A stretch of 63,023 bases of DNA from Gemmatimonadota bacterium. GTDB lineage: Bacteria; Gemmatimonadota; Gemmatimonadetes; Longimicrobiales; RSA9. A program made the position numbers and the translations under genes. Location of the stretch: contig JBBDRO010000100.1 of assembly GCA_040905425.1 (NCBI GenBank), positions 1 through 63,023 on the forward strand, written 5' to 3'. The first letter of the stretch is position 1. Each line of letters opens with the position of its first letter. Below the pieces are notes generated by a model, which was not told the origin of the DNA, did no database searches, and saw only the letters and a program-made list of their open reading frames with translations. This document shows, one piece after another, positions 39,475 through 49,621 of the stretch.

Positions 39475-40542
39475 TCACGCGGCTGGCGCCCGGGCGGCGG
39501 CGTCCCGCAGCCGCGCCAGCGCCGTCAGACCGTGGCCGGCGTCCAGCGCCGCCTCGGCCTGCTGCACCGCCGCGCCGAGCGTATCCGCCCGACCCGCCAC
39601 GTAGAGGGCGGCGCCGGCGTTCAGGGTGACGGCCGCCCGCGCCGCGCCGCCACGCTCACCGCCGAGCACACCCAGGACCACCGCCGCGTTCGCGGCCGGA
39701 TCTCCGCCCGCCAGTTCGTCCTCCCGGAAATCGTTCGTGTCCAGCAGATCGCCAGGCTCGAGGCGCTCGCGCCGCACCACGCCGTCCCGCAGATCCAGGA
39801 CGTCCGTGGCACCCAGCGGGCTGATCTCGTCCAGGCCGGGCTGCCCATGCACCACCAGCGCGCGCGCGTGGCCCAGCTCCCGGAGCGCACCGGCCACCAG
39901 CTCCAGCAGCGCCGGATCGGCCACCCCCACCACCTGGCGGGAAGCGTGGGCCGGATTCGTGAGCGGTCCCAGGATGTTCATGACCGTGCCGGCGCCCAGC
40001 TCCCGGCGCACCGGCGCCACGTGGCGCATGGCCGGATGCAGCAGCGGCGCGAACATGAACACGATGCCCGCCTCCTCCAGGACCTGCGCCATGCCGTCGG
40101 GCGTGAGTTCGATACGCACGCCGAGCTCCGCAAGCACGTCTGCGCTGCCGCACTTCGAGCTGAAGGAGCGGTTGCCGTGCTTGGCAATGCGCACGCCCGC
40201 GCCGGCGGCCAGCAGCGCGGCCGCCGTGGAGATGTTGAAGGTGGTGAGCGTACCGCCGCCCGTGCCGCAGGTATCCACCAGCTCGGCCGCGTGCGGCGCT
40301 TCCACGGGCACCATGGCCCGACGCAGCGCGCGCACCCCGCCCGCCACCTCGGCGGCCGTCTCACCCTTCACCCGCAGCGCCACCAGGAGAGCGGCCGTGA
40401 GGACCGGTGTGGCACGGCCCTCCATCACCGCCGAGAAAGCGCTCTCCGCCTCGTCGATGGTGAGGTCCTGGCCGCCGACCAGACGGACGATCAGATCTCC
40501 CAACGACGGGCCGGGTTCGGGCTCGGTTGCCATACGTTCCAT
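39475..40542 (-). CDS. trpD: anthranilate phosphoribosyltransferase
   Basis: DTCGTGG, NISTAA, KHGNR, GSADVL, GPLTNPA. Confidence 0.96.
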   Translation of the reverse strand: MERMATEPEPGPSLGDLIVRLVGGQDLTIDEAESAFSAVMEGRATPVLTAALLVALRVKGETAAEVAGGVRALRRAMVPVEAPHAAELVDTCGTGGGTLTTFNISTAAALLAAGAGVRIAKHGNRSFSSKCGSADVLAELGVRIELTPDGMAQVLEEAGIVFMFAPLLHPAMRHVAPVRRELGAGTVMNILGPLTNPAHASRQVVGVADPALLELVAGALRELGHARALVVHGQPGLDEISPLGATDVLDLRDGVVRRERLEPGDLLDTNDFREDELAGGDPAANAAVVLGVLGGERGGAARAAVTLNAGAALYVAGRADTLGAAVQQAEAALDAGHGLTALARLRDAAARAPAA

Positions 40543-40629
40543 GCGTACGAGAGGATGGAGTGCGGAGTATCGCGCGGCACCTTGCGTGGCCCTCCGGCCA
40601 CCTTACACTTGTGCCGGTGCCGACGTCGA

Positions 40630-40658
40630 TTGAAGACGCATCCGGCTTTGCATACAGT
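40630..40658 (+). promoter_or_regulatory. sigma70-type promoter for tdh-kbl
   Basis: TTGAAG-17 nt-TACAGT. Confidence 0.45.
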
Positions 40659-40705
40659 AGCGCGGGGACGGGGCCTGCGGTACCCCCGGGGAGGGGACGT
40701 CGAGG

Positions 40706-41668
40706 ATGAAGCGGATCGTGGTCACAGGCGCCGGCGGGCAGGTCGGCAGCGAACTGGTGCCCGCGCTGCGGGAGGCGTACGGGCAGGCGGCTGTCCTGGC
40801 CACGGACATCAGGCACGCACCACCTTCGCTGGTGGACCAGGGTCCCTGGGAGCAGGTGGATTGTACCGTGGCCGAGCAGGTGGCCGACGCGGTCCGCCGG
40901 CACCGGGCCGACACCGTCTTCCATCTGGCTGCCATCCTCTCCGCCACGGCCGAGAAGGACCCCGGGCGCGCCTACCGCATCAACATGGACGGCCTGTACA
41001 ACGTGCTGGAGGTGGCGCGCGAGGCGGGCTGCGCCGTCTTCACGCCCAGCTCCATTGCCGCCTTCGGCCCCTCCACACCGGCCGACCCCACTCCCCAGGA
41101 CACGCTGCAGCGCCCCACCAGCATGTACGGCGTCACCAAGGTGGCCGGCGAACTGCTGTGCGACTACTACCACCAGCGCTGGGGGGTGGACACGCGGGGT
41201 CTCCGCTATCCCGGCCTCATCTCCCACGTGGCCGAGCCCGGGGGCGGCACCACCGATTACGCCGTGGACATCTACTACCATGCCGTCCGTGGTCAGCCCT
41301 ACACCTGCTTCCTGGCCGGCGGGACCCAGCTGGACATGATGTACATGCCGGACGCCGTGCGCGCGGCCATGGAGGTGATGGAGGCGGACGGCGCCCGCCT
41401 GGTGCACCGCAACGCGTTCAACGTCACCGCTATGCAGTTGACACCCGAGCGCATGGCAGCGTCCATCCGCCAGGCCAAACCGGATTTCGAGATGCGCTAC
41501 GAAGTGGATCCGGTGCGCCAGCGTATTGCCGAGTCCTGGCCGCGCCGGATGGACGACCGTGCCGCGAGCGAGGAATGGGGCTGGGAGCCCGCGTGGGAGC
41601 TGGACGCCATGACCGACGACATGCTAGAGCAGCTCGGCCGCCGGTTGGCCGCCAGCCAGAACGTCTGA
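40706..41668 (+). CDS. SDR-type L-threonine 3-dehydrogenase
   Basis: TGAGGQVG, PSSIAAFG, YGVTK, GGGTTDYA, MMYMPD; adjacent to a kbl-like gene. Confidence 0.88.
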   Translation: MKRIVVTGAGGQVGSELVPALREAYGQAAVLATDIRHAPPSLVDQGPWEQVDCTVAEQVADAVRRHRADTVFHLAAILSATAEKDPGRAYRINMDGLYNVLEVAREAGCAVFTPSSIAAFGPSTPADPTPQDTLQRPTSMYGVTKVAGELLCDYYHQRWGVDTRGLRYPGLISHVAEPGGGTTDYAVDIYYHAVRGQPYTCFLAGGTQLDMMYMPDAVRAAMEVMEADGARLVHRNAFNVTAMQLTPERMAASIRQAKPDFEMRYEVDPVRQRIAESWPRRMDDRAASEEWGWEPAWELDAMTDDMLEQLGRRLAASQNV

Positions 41669-41678
41669 AGGAGAAGCC

Positions 41679-42905
41679 ATGCCGCTCGATCGATTGAGCC
41701 ACGCGCTTGCGGACCACGTCACAACCCTCGAGGAAGCGGGCACCGCCAAGGGCGCGGAGGCGGTCGTAACGGAGGTCGTGCCCCCGCGCGGGGACCGCGG
41801 GACCCGCGTCCACCTGCGGGATGCCGGCGAGCGGGAATTCATCCGCATGAATTCCAACTCCTACCTGGGGCTCTCCCTGCACGCGGAGATCATCGCGGCG
41901 GAGGCGGAAGCGGCCGAGCGCTTCGGCGCTGGCCCGGGCGCCGTCCGCTTCATCAGCGGCACGTACGCTCCCCATGTGGCGTTGGAGCGGGCGCTGGCGG
42001 AATTCCATGGGCGTGAGGAGGCCATGATCTTCAGCTCGGCCTACGCCGCGGTGGTCTCCGTGCTCGTGCCCCTCATCGACGAGCGCACCGTGGTGATCAG
42101 CGACGAGTTGAACCACAATTGCATCATCAACGCCATGCGCCTGGCGCGCCCGCTGGAGAAGAAGATCTACCCGCACCTGGACATGGCGGCGCTGGATGCC
42201 ACCCTGGAGACGGTGGCCGGGCGGGCCGAGCGTGCCCTGGTGGTGACGGACGGCATCTTCAGCATGCGCGGAGACCACGCGCCGCTGGACGAGGTGATGG
42301 AGATAGCCCTCAGGCACGACCAGCAGTTCGCCGAGAACGTGGTGGTCCTGGTGGACGACTCCCATGGCGTGGGCGCGTTCGGCGATACCGGGCGGGGCAC
42401 CGAGGAGTATACCAAGGCGCCGCCGGCGGACGTCCTGGTGGGAACGCTGGGCAAGGCCTTCGGGGTGAACGGGGGCTACGTCACCTCCGCCGCGCCCATC
42501 ATCCGCTTCCTCCGCGAGACCTCACCCATGTACATCTACTCCAACCCCATCACCGTGGGTGAAGCGGCGGCCGCGCGGGCGGCGCTGAAGCTGCTGGACG
42601 GCGACCGCGGGCGGGCCCTGCTGAAGCACCTGCGTGCACTCACCGCCCGCTTCGAAGCGGGCCTGGAGGAGCGCGGCTTCGAAACCATTCCCGGCGCGCA
42701 CCCCGTCACCCCGCTCGTGGTCCGGGATACGGAGCGCACCCGGGCGCTCGTGGCGCACCTCCGGGAGAACGGTATCCTGGCCACGGGACTCACCTATCCC
42801 GTCGTGCCGCGCGGGGACGAGGAAATCCGCTTCCAGGTGAACGCGGACCACACGGAAGCGGACATCGACACGGTGCTGTCCGTGCTGGGCAAGTTCGCTC
42901 AATGA
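41679..42905 (+). CDS. kbl: glycine C-acetyltransferase (PLP class I/II)
   Basis: NSYLGL, AVRFISGT, SDELNH, DGIFSM, DDSHG, TLGKA. Confidence 0.8.
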   Translation: MPLDRLSHALADHVTTLEEAGTAKGAEAVVTEVVPPRGDRGTRVHLRDAGEREFIRMNSNSYLGLSLHAEIIAAEAEAAERFGAGPGAVRFISGTYAPHVALERALAEFHGREEAMIFSSAYAAVVSVLVPLIDERTVVISDELNHNCIINAMRLARPLEKKIYPHLDMAALDATLETVAGRAERALVVTDGIFSMRGDHAPLDEVMEIALRHDQQFAENVVVLVDDSHGVGAFGDTGRGTEEYTKAPPADVLVGTLGKAFGVNGGYVTSAAPIIRFLRETSPMYIYSNPITVGEAAAARAALKLLDGDRGRALLKHLRALTARFEAGLEERGFETIPGAHPVTPLVVRDTERTRALVAHLRENGILATGLTYPVVPRGDEEIRFQVNADHTEADIDTVLSVLGKFAQ

Positions 42906-42956
42906 CGCACGCGGAGGCCGGTTGACATCCCTACGCGCGCGCGTAGCTTTCGCGGC

Positions 42957-43754
42957 GTGAGCGGCCCCTCTGGCAACGCGGAACGGCGCATCCGGCTGAC
43001 CCTTCATTATCAGGGTGCGGCGTTCCGGGGCTGGCAGGCGCAGCCCGACGCCCGCACGGTTCAGGGTGAGGTGGAACGTGCCCTGGTCCGCCTCATCGGC
43101 CAGCGCATCCCGGTGGTCGGCGCCGGGCGCACGGACAGTGGCGTCCATGCCACCGGCCAGGTGGCATCGGTGATGGTTCCGGAACGCTGGACCGCGGCCG
43201 AGCTGCGCAGGGCGCTGAACGCCGTCCTGCCGCGCGACGTCTGGGTGGCGGAGGCGGCGGAGACGGACCCCGCCTTCCACGCCCGGTATGACGCCGTGGC
43301 CCGCTCCTATCTCTACCGGGTGGGCCTGGTGGACGCGTGCTTCTCTCCCTTCGAGCGGTGGCGTTGCTGGCCGCAGGACGAGCCGCTCGACCGGGAGGTG
43401 CTGGACCGCGCAGCCGCGGCATTCCTGGGCGAGCACGCGTTCGGCGCGTTCGCCAAGACGGGGCAGCCACAGCGCGGGGAACGCTGCACCGTGCAGTGTT
43501 CCGAGTGGCGGAGTTGGGACGAACTGGGCGTGACGTATCACGTGCGGGCCAACCGGTTTCTGCACCACATGGTGCGTTACATGGTGGGCACCATGGTGGC
43601 CGCGGCGCGGGGCCGCCGCCCCGTGGGTGACATTGCCGCGCTGCTGACGGGCACGGCTTCACGGACAACCTCACCGCCGGCGCCGCCGGCGGGTTTGTTT
43701 TTGACGCGGGTCCATTACCGGACCGGCACGGAGAGCGAGGATCGGCAGGGATGA
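42957..43754 (+). CDS. truA: tRNA pseudouridine(38-40) synthase
   Basis: [27 protein letters not shown]. Confidence 0.95.
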   Translation: MSGPSGNAERRIRLTLHYQGAAFRGWQAQPDARTVQGEVERALVRLIGQRIPVVGAGRTDSGVHATGQVASVMVPERWTAAELRRALNAVLPRDVWVAEAAETDPAFHARYDAVARSYLYRVGLVDACFSPFERWRCWPQDEPLDREVLDRAAAAFLGEHAFGAFAKTGQPQRGERCTVQCSEWRSWDELGVTYHVRANRFLHHMVRYMVGTMVAAARGRRPVGDIAALLTGTASRTTSPPAPPAGLFLTRVHYRTGTESEDRQG

Positions 43755-44419
43755 AATTCTTTCTGGACAGCGCGGACCTGACGGAGATCCGGCGCGCGGT
43801 GGACGCGGGCCTCATCGACGGCATCACCACCAACCCTTCCCTGCTGGCCAGGGTGGCCGGGGCCGACGCCGCGCCGCGGGACATCCTGCTCGAGATCTGC
43901 CGCACGGTGCCCGGCCCCGTCAGCGCCGAGGTCGTGGCCACCACGACGGACGAGATGCTCCAGGAGGGTAAGAAGCTGGCCGCGCTGGCGGACAACATCG
44001 TGGTCAAGCTCCCGCTCACCGAGGACGGGCTGTTGGCCTGCCGGAAGCTGCGCGCCGAGGATATTCCGGTGAATGTGACGCTCTGTTTCTCACCTTCCCA
44101 GGCGCTGCTGGCCGCCAAGGCGGGCGCCAGCTACATCTCGCCCTTCGTGGGACGCCTGGACGACGTGAGCGCCGATGGCATGGAGCTCATCCGGCAGATC
44201 GTGCAGATCTACAACAACTACGCCTACGACACCGAAGTGCTCGTGGCATCGGTGCGCCATCCACAGCACGTGGTCGAGGCCGCGCTGATGGGGGCGGACG
44301 TGTGCACGCTGCCGGCCAAGGTACTCCACCAGCTCATGCATCATCCCCTCACCGACAAGGGCCTGGAAGGCTTCCTGGCGGACTGGGCCAAGCTGCCGCA
44401 GGAGCGGCGGGAGATCTGA
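43751..44419 (+). CDS. transaldolase / fructose-6-phosphate aldolase (TalC/Fsa family)
   Basis: [34 protein letters not shown]. Confidence 0.93.
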   Translation: MKFFLDSADLTEIRRAVDAGLIDGITTNPSLLARVAGADAAPRDILLEICRTVPGPVSAEVVATTTDEMLQEGKKLAALADNIVVKLPLTEDGLLACRKLRAEDIPVNVTLCFSPSQALLAAKAGASYISPFVGRLDDVSADGMELIRQIVQIYNNYAYDTEVLVASVRHPQHVVEAALMGADVCTLPAKVLHQLMHHPLTDKGLEGFLADWAKLPQERREI

Positions 44420-44470
44420 GGGTGCACGGCCGCCCGGAAACGGCGGGAGATCTGAGGGTGCACGGCCGCC
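44405..44470. repeat. 30-bp exact direct repeat (36-bp period)
   Basis: CGGCGGGAGATCTGAGGGTGCACGGCCGCC at 44405 and 44441. Confidence 0.9.
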
Positions 44471-44471
44471 G

Positions 44472-45941
44472 ATGAAGACCCGCTGGCCGCTCGTCCTGAT
44501 CCTGGCCTTCGCGGGCGGTGCCGCGCTCGGGCCCGCGCTGGCCATGCGCGACGGGCCGGAGCAACCCGCTGCCCTGCCGCCCGCGACCGAGCGCGGTGCC
44601 GCCACACTGACCAGCCTGCCCGCACGTCCACCGGTGCCGGAGCAGGACAGCACGGAGGGGGCGGAAGCGTCCCGGCGGACGGCCATCGTACGCGCCGCGG
44701 AGCGCGTGTCCGCGTCCGTCGTGGGCATCCGCACGGTCAAGGAGGAGCCGCCAGCACGCAGCCTCTGGGACGAGATGTTCCTGCAGCGGCGCGGCCCCCG
44801 GATGGGGCTGGGCTCGGGCTTCATCATCTCGGCTGAAGGCCTGGTGCTGACCAACGAGCACGTCGTGCGCGGTGCCACCGAGGTGCGGATCACGCTCGGG
44901 GACGGCCGGGTCATCCCCGTGGAGGTGGTGGGCTTCGACCAGCTCACCGATCTGGCACTGCTACGGCCGACGAAGCCGCCGACCACGCGGCTTCCCGTGG
45001 CGCCCATCGGCAGCTCCATGGATCTGCTCATCGGCGAATGGGTGGTCGCGATCGGTAACCCCTACGGTTCCCTGCTGGCCAATCCGGAGCCCACCGTGAC
45101 CGCCGGGGTGGTGAGCGGCGTGGGACGCAACATCATCCCCCAGGGCACCTCGGCGGGCGGCTACTATCTGGACATGATCCAGACGGACGCCTCGATCAAT
45201 CCGGGCAACTCCGGGGGACCCCTCGTGAACGCGCTCGGGCAGGTAGTGGGTGTGAATTCCTCCATCCTGAGTGAAACTGGCGGCAACGTGGGACTCGGCT
45301 TTGCCATCCCGATCGATCGCGCCCTGCGCATCGCGGAGGATCTCCTGGAGCGCGGCTCCGCCCGTCGGGTCTGGGTGGGCGTGGACGTCGGGGAATCGGC
45401 GGGCGACGCCTGGCAGGCATCGGAGGTGGTCATCCAGGCCGTGGCCCCCGGCTCGCCGGCGGAGACCGCTGGCCTGCGGCCGGGCTGGGTGATCCGCAGC
45501 GTCGACGAGCGGCACGTGCGCACCGTCCTGGACTGGGAGGCGCGCCTGCTGGATGCCAGGGTGGGAGAGGCCCTCCAGGTGGCCGTGCACGACGGGCGGC
45601 AGGAACGGACCGTACGCCTGGAAACGCGCGACCTGCCGTCCATCACCGCCGCACGCGTCCGGGCGCTGCGCGAGTTCGAGCTGGTGACGCTCACCTCGGC
45701 CATCCGCAGCGAACGCAACCTGCGTAGTGAGCGCGGCGCGCTGGTGGTCGGCCTCACGGATGCCGCGCGCGCGGTGGGCTTCCGGGCGGGTGACCTCATC
45801 GTGGCCATCAACCGGGTGCCAGTGCAGAGCGCGGAGGACGCGGCCCGGTTGATGGAGCGTGTGGCCGGGCGCGGAACGGTCCTGGCGGTCGTGGAGCGCG
45901 CCGGGCGGGCGGTAACCCTGAGCTTTTCGGTGCGTGGATGA
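44472..45941 (+). CDS. HtrA/DegP-family serine protease with PDZ domains
   Basis: GSGFII, TNEHVV, DLALL, QTDASINPGNSGGPL. Confidence 0.93.
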   Translation: MKTRWPLVLILAFAGGAALGPALAMRDGPEQPAALPPATERGAATLTSLPARPPVPEQDSTEGAEASRRTAIVRAAERVSASVVGIRTVKEEPPARSLWDEMFLQRRGPRMGLGSGFIISAEGLVLTNEHVVRGATEVRITLGDGRVIPVEVVGFDQLTDLALLRPTKPPTTRLPVAPIGSSMDLLIGEWVVAIGNPYGSLLANPEPTVTAGVVSGVGRNIIPQGTSAGGYYLDMIQTDASINPGNSGGPLVNALGQVVGVNSSILSETGGNVGLGFAIPIDRALRIAEDLLERGSARRVWVGVDVGESAGDAWQASEVVIQAVAPGSPAETAGLRPGWVIRSVDERHVRTVLDWEARLLDARVGEALQVAVHDGRQERTVRLETRDLPSITAARVRALREFELVTLTSAIRSERNLRSERGALVVGLTDAARAVGFRAGDLIVAINRVPVQSAEDAARLMERVAGRGTVLAVVERAGRAVTLSFSVRG

Positions 45942-47362
45942 ACCAGTACCAGAATCCTCTGGTGGAGCGCTATGCCTCCGCCGAGATGAGCCGCATCTTC
46001 TCACCCGCCTACAAGTTCGGCACCTGGCGCCGGCTGTGGCTGGCGCTGGCCGAGAGTCAGCGGGAGCTGGGGCTCGAAGTCAGCCAGGAGGCGCTGGCGG
46101 CCATGTCTTCCGCCCTGGATGACATCGACCTGGCGCGCGCCGCCGAACTGGAGGCCCGCTTCCGCCACGACGTCATGGCGCACGTGCACCACTTCGGTGA
46201 GGTGGCGCCCGCGGCCCGCGGCGTCATCCATTTGGGCGCCACCAGTGCGTTCGTGACGGACAACACCGAACTGCTCCAGCACCGTGATGCGCTGCGGCTC
46301 GTGTTGCAGCGACTGGTGGCGTGCGTGGCGGCGCTGGCCGCCTTCGCCCGCGAGTATCGCGACCTGCCCACGCTGGGCTACACCCATTTCCAGCCCGCCC
46401 AGCCCACCACGGTGGGCAAGCGCGCCACACTCTGGCTCCAGGACCTGGTGCTGGACGTGGAGGAGGTGGAGCACCGCCTGGCCACGCTCCGCTTCCGGGG
46501 CCTGCGCGGCACCACCGGCACCGAGGCCTCCTTCCTGGAGCTCTTCGACGGTGACCACGGCAAGGTCGAGGCGCTGAACCGCGCCGTGGCCGGCCGCATG
46601 GGTCTGGACCGCCTCTACGGGGTCACGGGCCAGACCTATCCGCGTAAGACCGATTACGCCTTCCTGGCCACGCTGGCGGGCATTGCCACGTCCACCAGCA
46701 AGTACGCCCACGACCTGCGCCTGCTCCAGCACCTCAAGGAAGTGGAGGAGCCCTACGAGAAGGAGCAGATCGGCTCGTCCGCCATGGCCTACAAACGCAA
46801 CCCCATGCGCGCGGAGCGCATCACCGCGCTGGCACGCCATGTGATTGCCCTCACCATCGACCCGGCGTTCACTGCGGCCACCCAGTGGCTGGAACGCACG
46901 CTGGATGACTCGGCCAACCGCCGCGTGGCCATCCCGGAGGCCTATCTGGCCACGGACGCCATCCTGCTGCTGGTGCACAACGTGTCCTCGGGGCTGGTCG
47001 TGCGCCCGGCCGTGATCCGGCGCCACCTCATGGATGAGCTGCCGTTCATGGCCACCGAGCCCATCCTCATGCGCGCCGTGCGGCGCGGTGGCGACCGGCA
47101 GGCGCTGCACGAGCGCATTCGCCAGCATTCGGTGGCCGCCGGTGAACGGGTCAAGGGAGAAGGACTGCCGAACGACCTGGTCGAGCGCATCGTTGCGGAC
47201 GACGCCTTCGGCCTGAGCCGTGCGGAGATCGAGGAGTCGCTGGATCCAGGGCGCCATGTGGGCCGGGCCCCGGAGCAGGTGGACGCCTTTCTCGAGGAAC
47301 ACGTGCGCCCCGTGCTGGAGCGCCACGCCGTGGATACCGCCGTGCCGGAGCTGAAAGCGTGA
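45938..47362 (+). CDS. purB: adenylosuccinate lyase
   Basis: RHDVMAH, THFQPAQ, GSSAMAYKRNP. Confidence 0.95.
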   Translation: MNQYQNPLVERYASAEMSRIFSPAYKFGTWRRLWLALAESQRELGLEVSQEALAAMSSALDDIDLARAAELEARFRHDVMAHVHHFGEVAPAARGVIHLGATSAFVTDNTELLQHRDALRLVLQRLVACVAALAAFAREYRDLPTLGYTHFQPAQPTTVGKRATLWLQDLVLDVEEVEHRLATLRFRGLRGTTGTEASFLELFDGDHGKVEALNRAVAGRMGLDRLYGVTGQTYPRKTDYAFLATLAGIATSTSKYAHDLRLLQHLKEVEEPYEKEQIGSSAMAYKRNPMRAERITALARHVIALTIDPAFTAATQWLERTLDDSANRRVAIPEAYLATDAILLLVHNVSSGLVVRPAVIRRHLMDELPFMATEPILMRAVRRGGDRQALHERIRQHSVAAGERVKGEGLPNDLVERIVADDAFGLSRAEIEESLDPGRHVGRAPEQVDAFLEEHVRPVLERHAVDTAVPELKA

Positions 47363-47435
47363 GGGAGCCTGTCCGGAGCGCGGGACCCGCTCCAATGACT
47401 GAACCGAGCCGACTTCGAACCGTGGAGCCGACCGT

Positions 47436-48401
47436 ATGACCGAGCCCAAGGCCGTGGACCGTACCGATCTGCCCCTTCCCCTGGTGGCCCGCGGCAAGGT
47501 CCGCGAGGTCTACGACGCCGGTGAGGGCCGCCTCCTGCTGGTGGCGAGTGACCGCATCAGCGCCTTCGACGTGGTGCTGCCGCAGCCCATACCGCACAAG
47601 GGCGCGGTGCTCACCCAGCTCACGGCCTGGTGGCTGGCCCGCACGCAGGACCTCACACCCAACCACCTGATCAGCTCGGATCCGGATACCATTGCCGAGG
47701 CGGTGCCGGCCATCCGTGACCAGCGCGCGACGTGGGCGCTCCGCAGCATGCTGGTGCACCGCACGGAGGTGGTGCCGATCGAATGCGTGGTGCGCGGCTA
47801 TATTTCCGGCTCGGCCTGGAAGGAATACCAGGCGGAGGGCACCCTGGCCGGAGAGAAGCTGCCGCGCGGCCTGCAGGAGAGTGACCGCCTGGATCCGCCG
47901 ATCTTCTCCCCGGCCACGAAGGCGGCGGTGGGCGAGCACGACGAGAACATCACCTTTGCCAGGATGCGTGACGAGGTGGGCAAGGAGCTGGCCCACGAAC
48001 TGCGCGCGCGCTCCATGGCGGTCTACGAGCGGGGTCGCGACGTGGCCGCCCGGGTGGGCATCATCCTGGCCGATACGAAGTTCGAGTTCGGCCATCGTCC
48101 CGATGGTACGCTGATCCTCATCGACGAGATCCTCACGCCGGATTCCTCACGCTTCTGGCCGGCCGACGCCTACGCGCCCGGGCGTGGGCAGCCGTCGCTG
48201 GACAAGCAGCCGGTGCGGGACTGGCTCGATGGCCTGGTGAAGGAGGGCCGCTGGGACAAACGGGCGCCCGGTCCGGAGCTGCCCGTGGAAGTGGTGCAGA
48301 CCACGTCTGAGCGCTACCGGGACGCCTTCCAGCGGCTGACAGGGTTCTCCCTGGAGGAATTCCCCTCGGCGCATCCCGCGGCCGAGCCCCCGGCCTCATG
48401 A
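47436..48401 (+). CDS. purC: SAICAR synthetase
   Basis: GKVREVY, SDRISAFD, ADTKFEFG, DEILTPDSSRFW. Confidence 0.96.
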   Translation: MTEPKAVDRTDLPLPLVARGKVREVYDAGEGRLLLVASDRISAFDVVLPQPIPHKGAVLTQLTAWWLARTQDLTPNHLISSDPDTIAEAVPAIRDQRATWALRSMLVHRTEVVPIECVVRGYISGSAWKEYQAEGTLAGEKLPRGLQESDRLDPPIFSPATKAAVGEHDENITFARMRDEVGKELAHELRARSMAVYERGRDVAARVGIILADTKFEFGHRPDGTLILIDEILTPDSSRFWPADAYAPGRGQPSLDKQPVRDWLDGLVKEGRWDKRAPGPELPVEVVQTTSERYRDAFQRLTGFSLEEFPSAHPAAEPPAS

Positions 48402-48420
48402 CCCGCAACCGGACGATGCC

Positions 48421-49311
48421 ATGAAGCGACCGCGGCTGCAGGCCGGGGTCATCATCATCCCGAGCGCCCTCACCATTGCCAACCTCTTCTTCGGGTTCTG
48501 GGCGGTGGTCTCGGCATCCGCCGGGAACTTCGAACGCGCCGGCTGGCTCATTGTCTTCGCGGGGCTGGCCGACATGCTGGACGGGCGGGTGGCCAGGGTG
48601 ACGCAGACGGGGAGCCGCTTCGGGGAGGAGCTGGACTCCCTCGTGGATGCCATCAGCTTCGGGGTGGCCCCGGCCCTGATCATGTACTTCCTTTTCCTGC
48701 GTGACGGCAGCTGGGGTTGGGTAGCGGCGTTCTTCTTTCTGTTCTCGGCCGTGATCCGGCTGGCGCGCTTCAACGTGGAACAGGCGGGGCATGCCAAGGT
48801 GAACTTCCACGGGCTGCCCTCGCCGTCCGCCGGTATGACGCTGGCAACCTTCTATCCATTCAGCCAGACGGAGTTCTTCCGCGTCCACCTGGCGCACTGG
48901 CCGTGGCCCGAGATGATGACCGGCCTCATGGTGGTGCTCGGCTTCCTCATGATGAGCCACGTGCTCTATCCCGTCATCCCCAAGTTCGGGTTCCGCAGCA
49001 CGAGGGGCATCCTGACGGGCGTGTTCCTGCTCACGCTGATCGTGCTGGCCGTCACGGTGCCCCGCTACTACTTCTTCCCCGCGCTCATGGGGTACGTCAC
49101 CTACGGCCTGGCCAAGGCCACCGTGCTGGGGTTCTTCGAGCGGTTGCCGGACCGGGACCCGCTGCTGGACGAGGAAGACGCCGAGATTCCCGACGAGGCG
49201 GGCGCGGAGTTGCGCGAGCTGGATTACGGGGAGCTCTCCCCCTGGAGCCGGCGGCGGCTGCGCGGCGGCCCGCGTCCCCACCGCGGGGAGAGGGACGCGG
49301 ACGAAGGATGA
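48421..49311 (+). CDS. pssA: CDP-diacylglycerol--serine O-phosphatidyltransferase
   Basis: DMLDGRVAR...FGEELDSLVD, RLARFN, GLPSP. Confidence 0.88.
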   Translation: MKRPRLQAGVIIIPSALTIANLFFGFWAVVSASAGNFERAGWLIVFAGLADMLDGRVARVTQTGSRFGEELDSLVDAISFGVAPALIMYFLFLRDGSWGWVAAFFFLFSAVIRLARFNVEQAGHAKVNFHGLPSPSAGMTLATFYPFSQTEFFRVHLAHWPWPEMMTGLMVVLGFLMMSHVLYPVIPKFGFRSTRGILTGVFLLTLIVLAVTVPRYYFFPALMGYVTYGLAKATVLGFFERLPDRDPLLDEEDAEIPDEAGAELRELDYGELSPWSRRRLRGGPRPHRGERDADEG

Positions 49312-49366
49312 GATCGGGGATGAAGGTGGGCGGGGACGTCGCTTACAAAATGACACGGGAGAGACG

Positions 49367-49621
49367 GTGAAAGCATACAGGGTAGAAGTACGCATCTCAC
49401 CCCGCGAGGGGCTGCTGGATCCCGAGGGAAAGGCTGTGGCGAGCGCGCTGCGCTCCCTCGAGTTCGACGAGGTGGAGGAGGTGCGCGTGGGCCGGCTCAT
49501 CCGCCTGCGGGTGCTGGCGGACGGGCCGGACGCGGCGCGGGAGAGCGCGGACGCCATGTGCAGGAAGCTGCTGGCCAACCCCACGACGGAGGATTACGAC
49601 ATCCGCCTGGAGGAGGCGTGA
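49367..49621 (+). CDS. purS: FGAM synthase subunit PurS
   Basis: [14 protein letters not shown]. Confidence 0.93.
   Translation: MKAYRVEVRISPREGLLDPEGKAVASALRSLEFDEVEEVRVGRLIRLRVLADGPDAARESADAMCRKLLANPTTEDYDIRLEEA

Noticed and set aside
40543..40705. trp attenuator, T-box or riboswitch upstream of trpD or tdh
   Set aside because: No leader with tandem Trp codons, no U-tailed terminator and no recognisable aptamer
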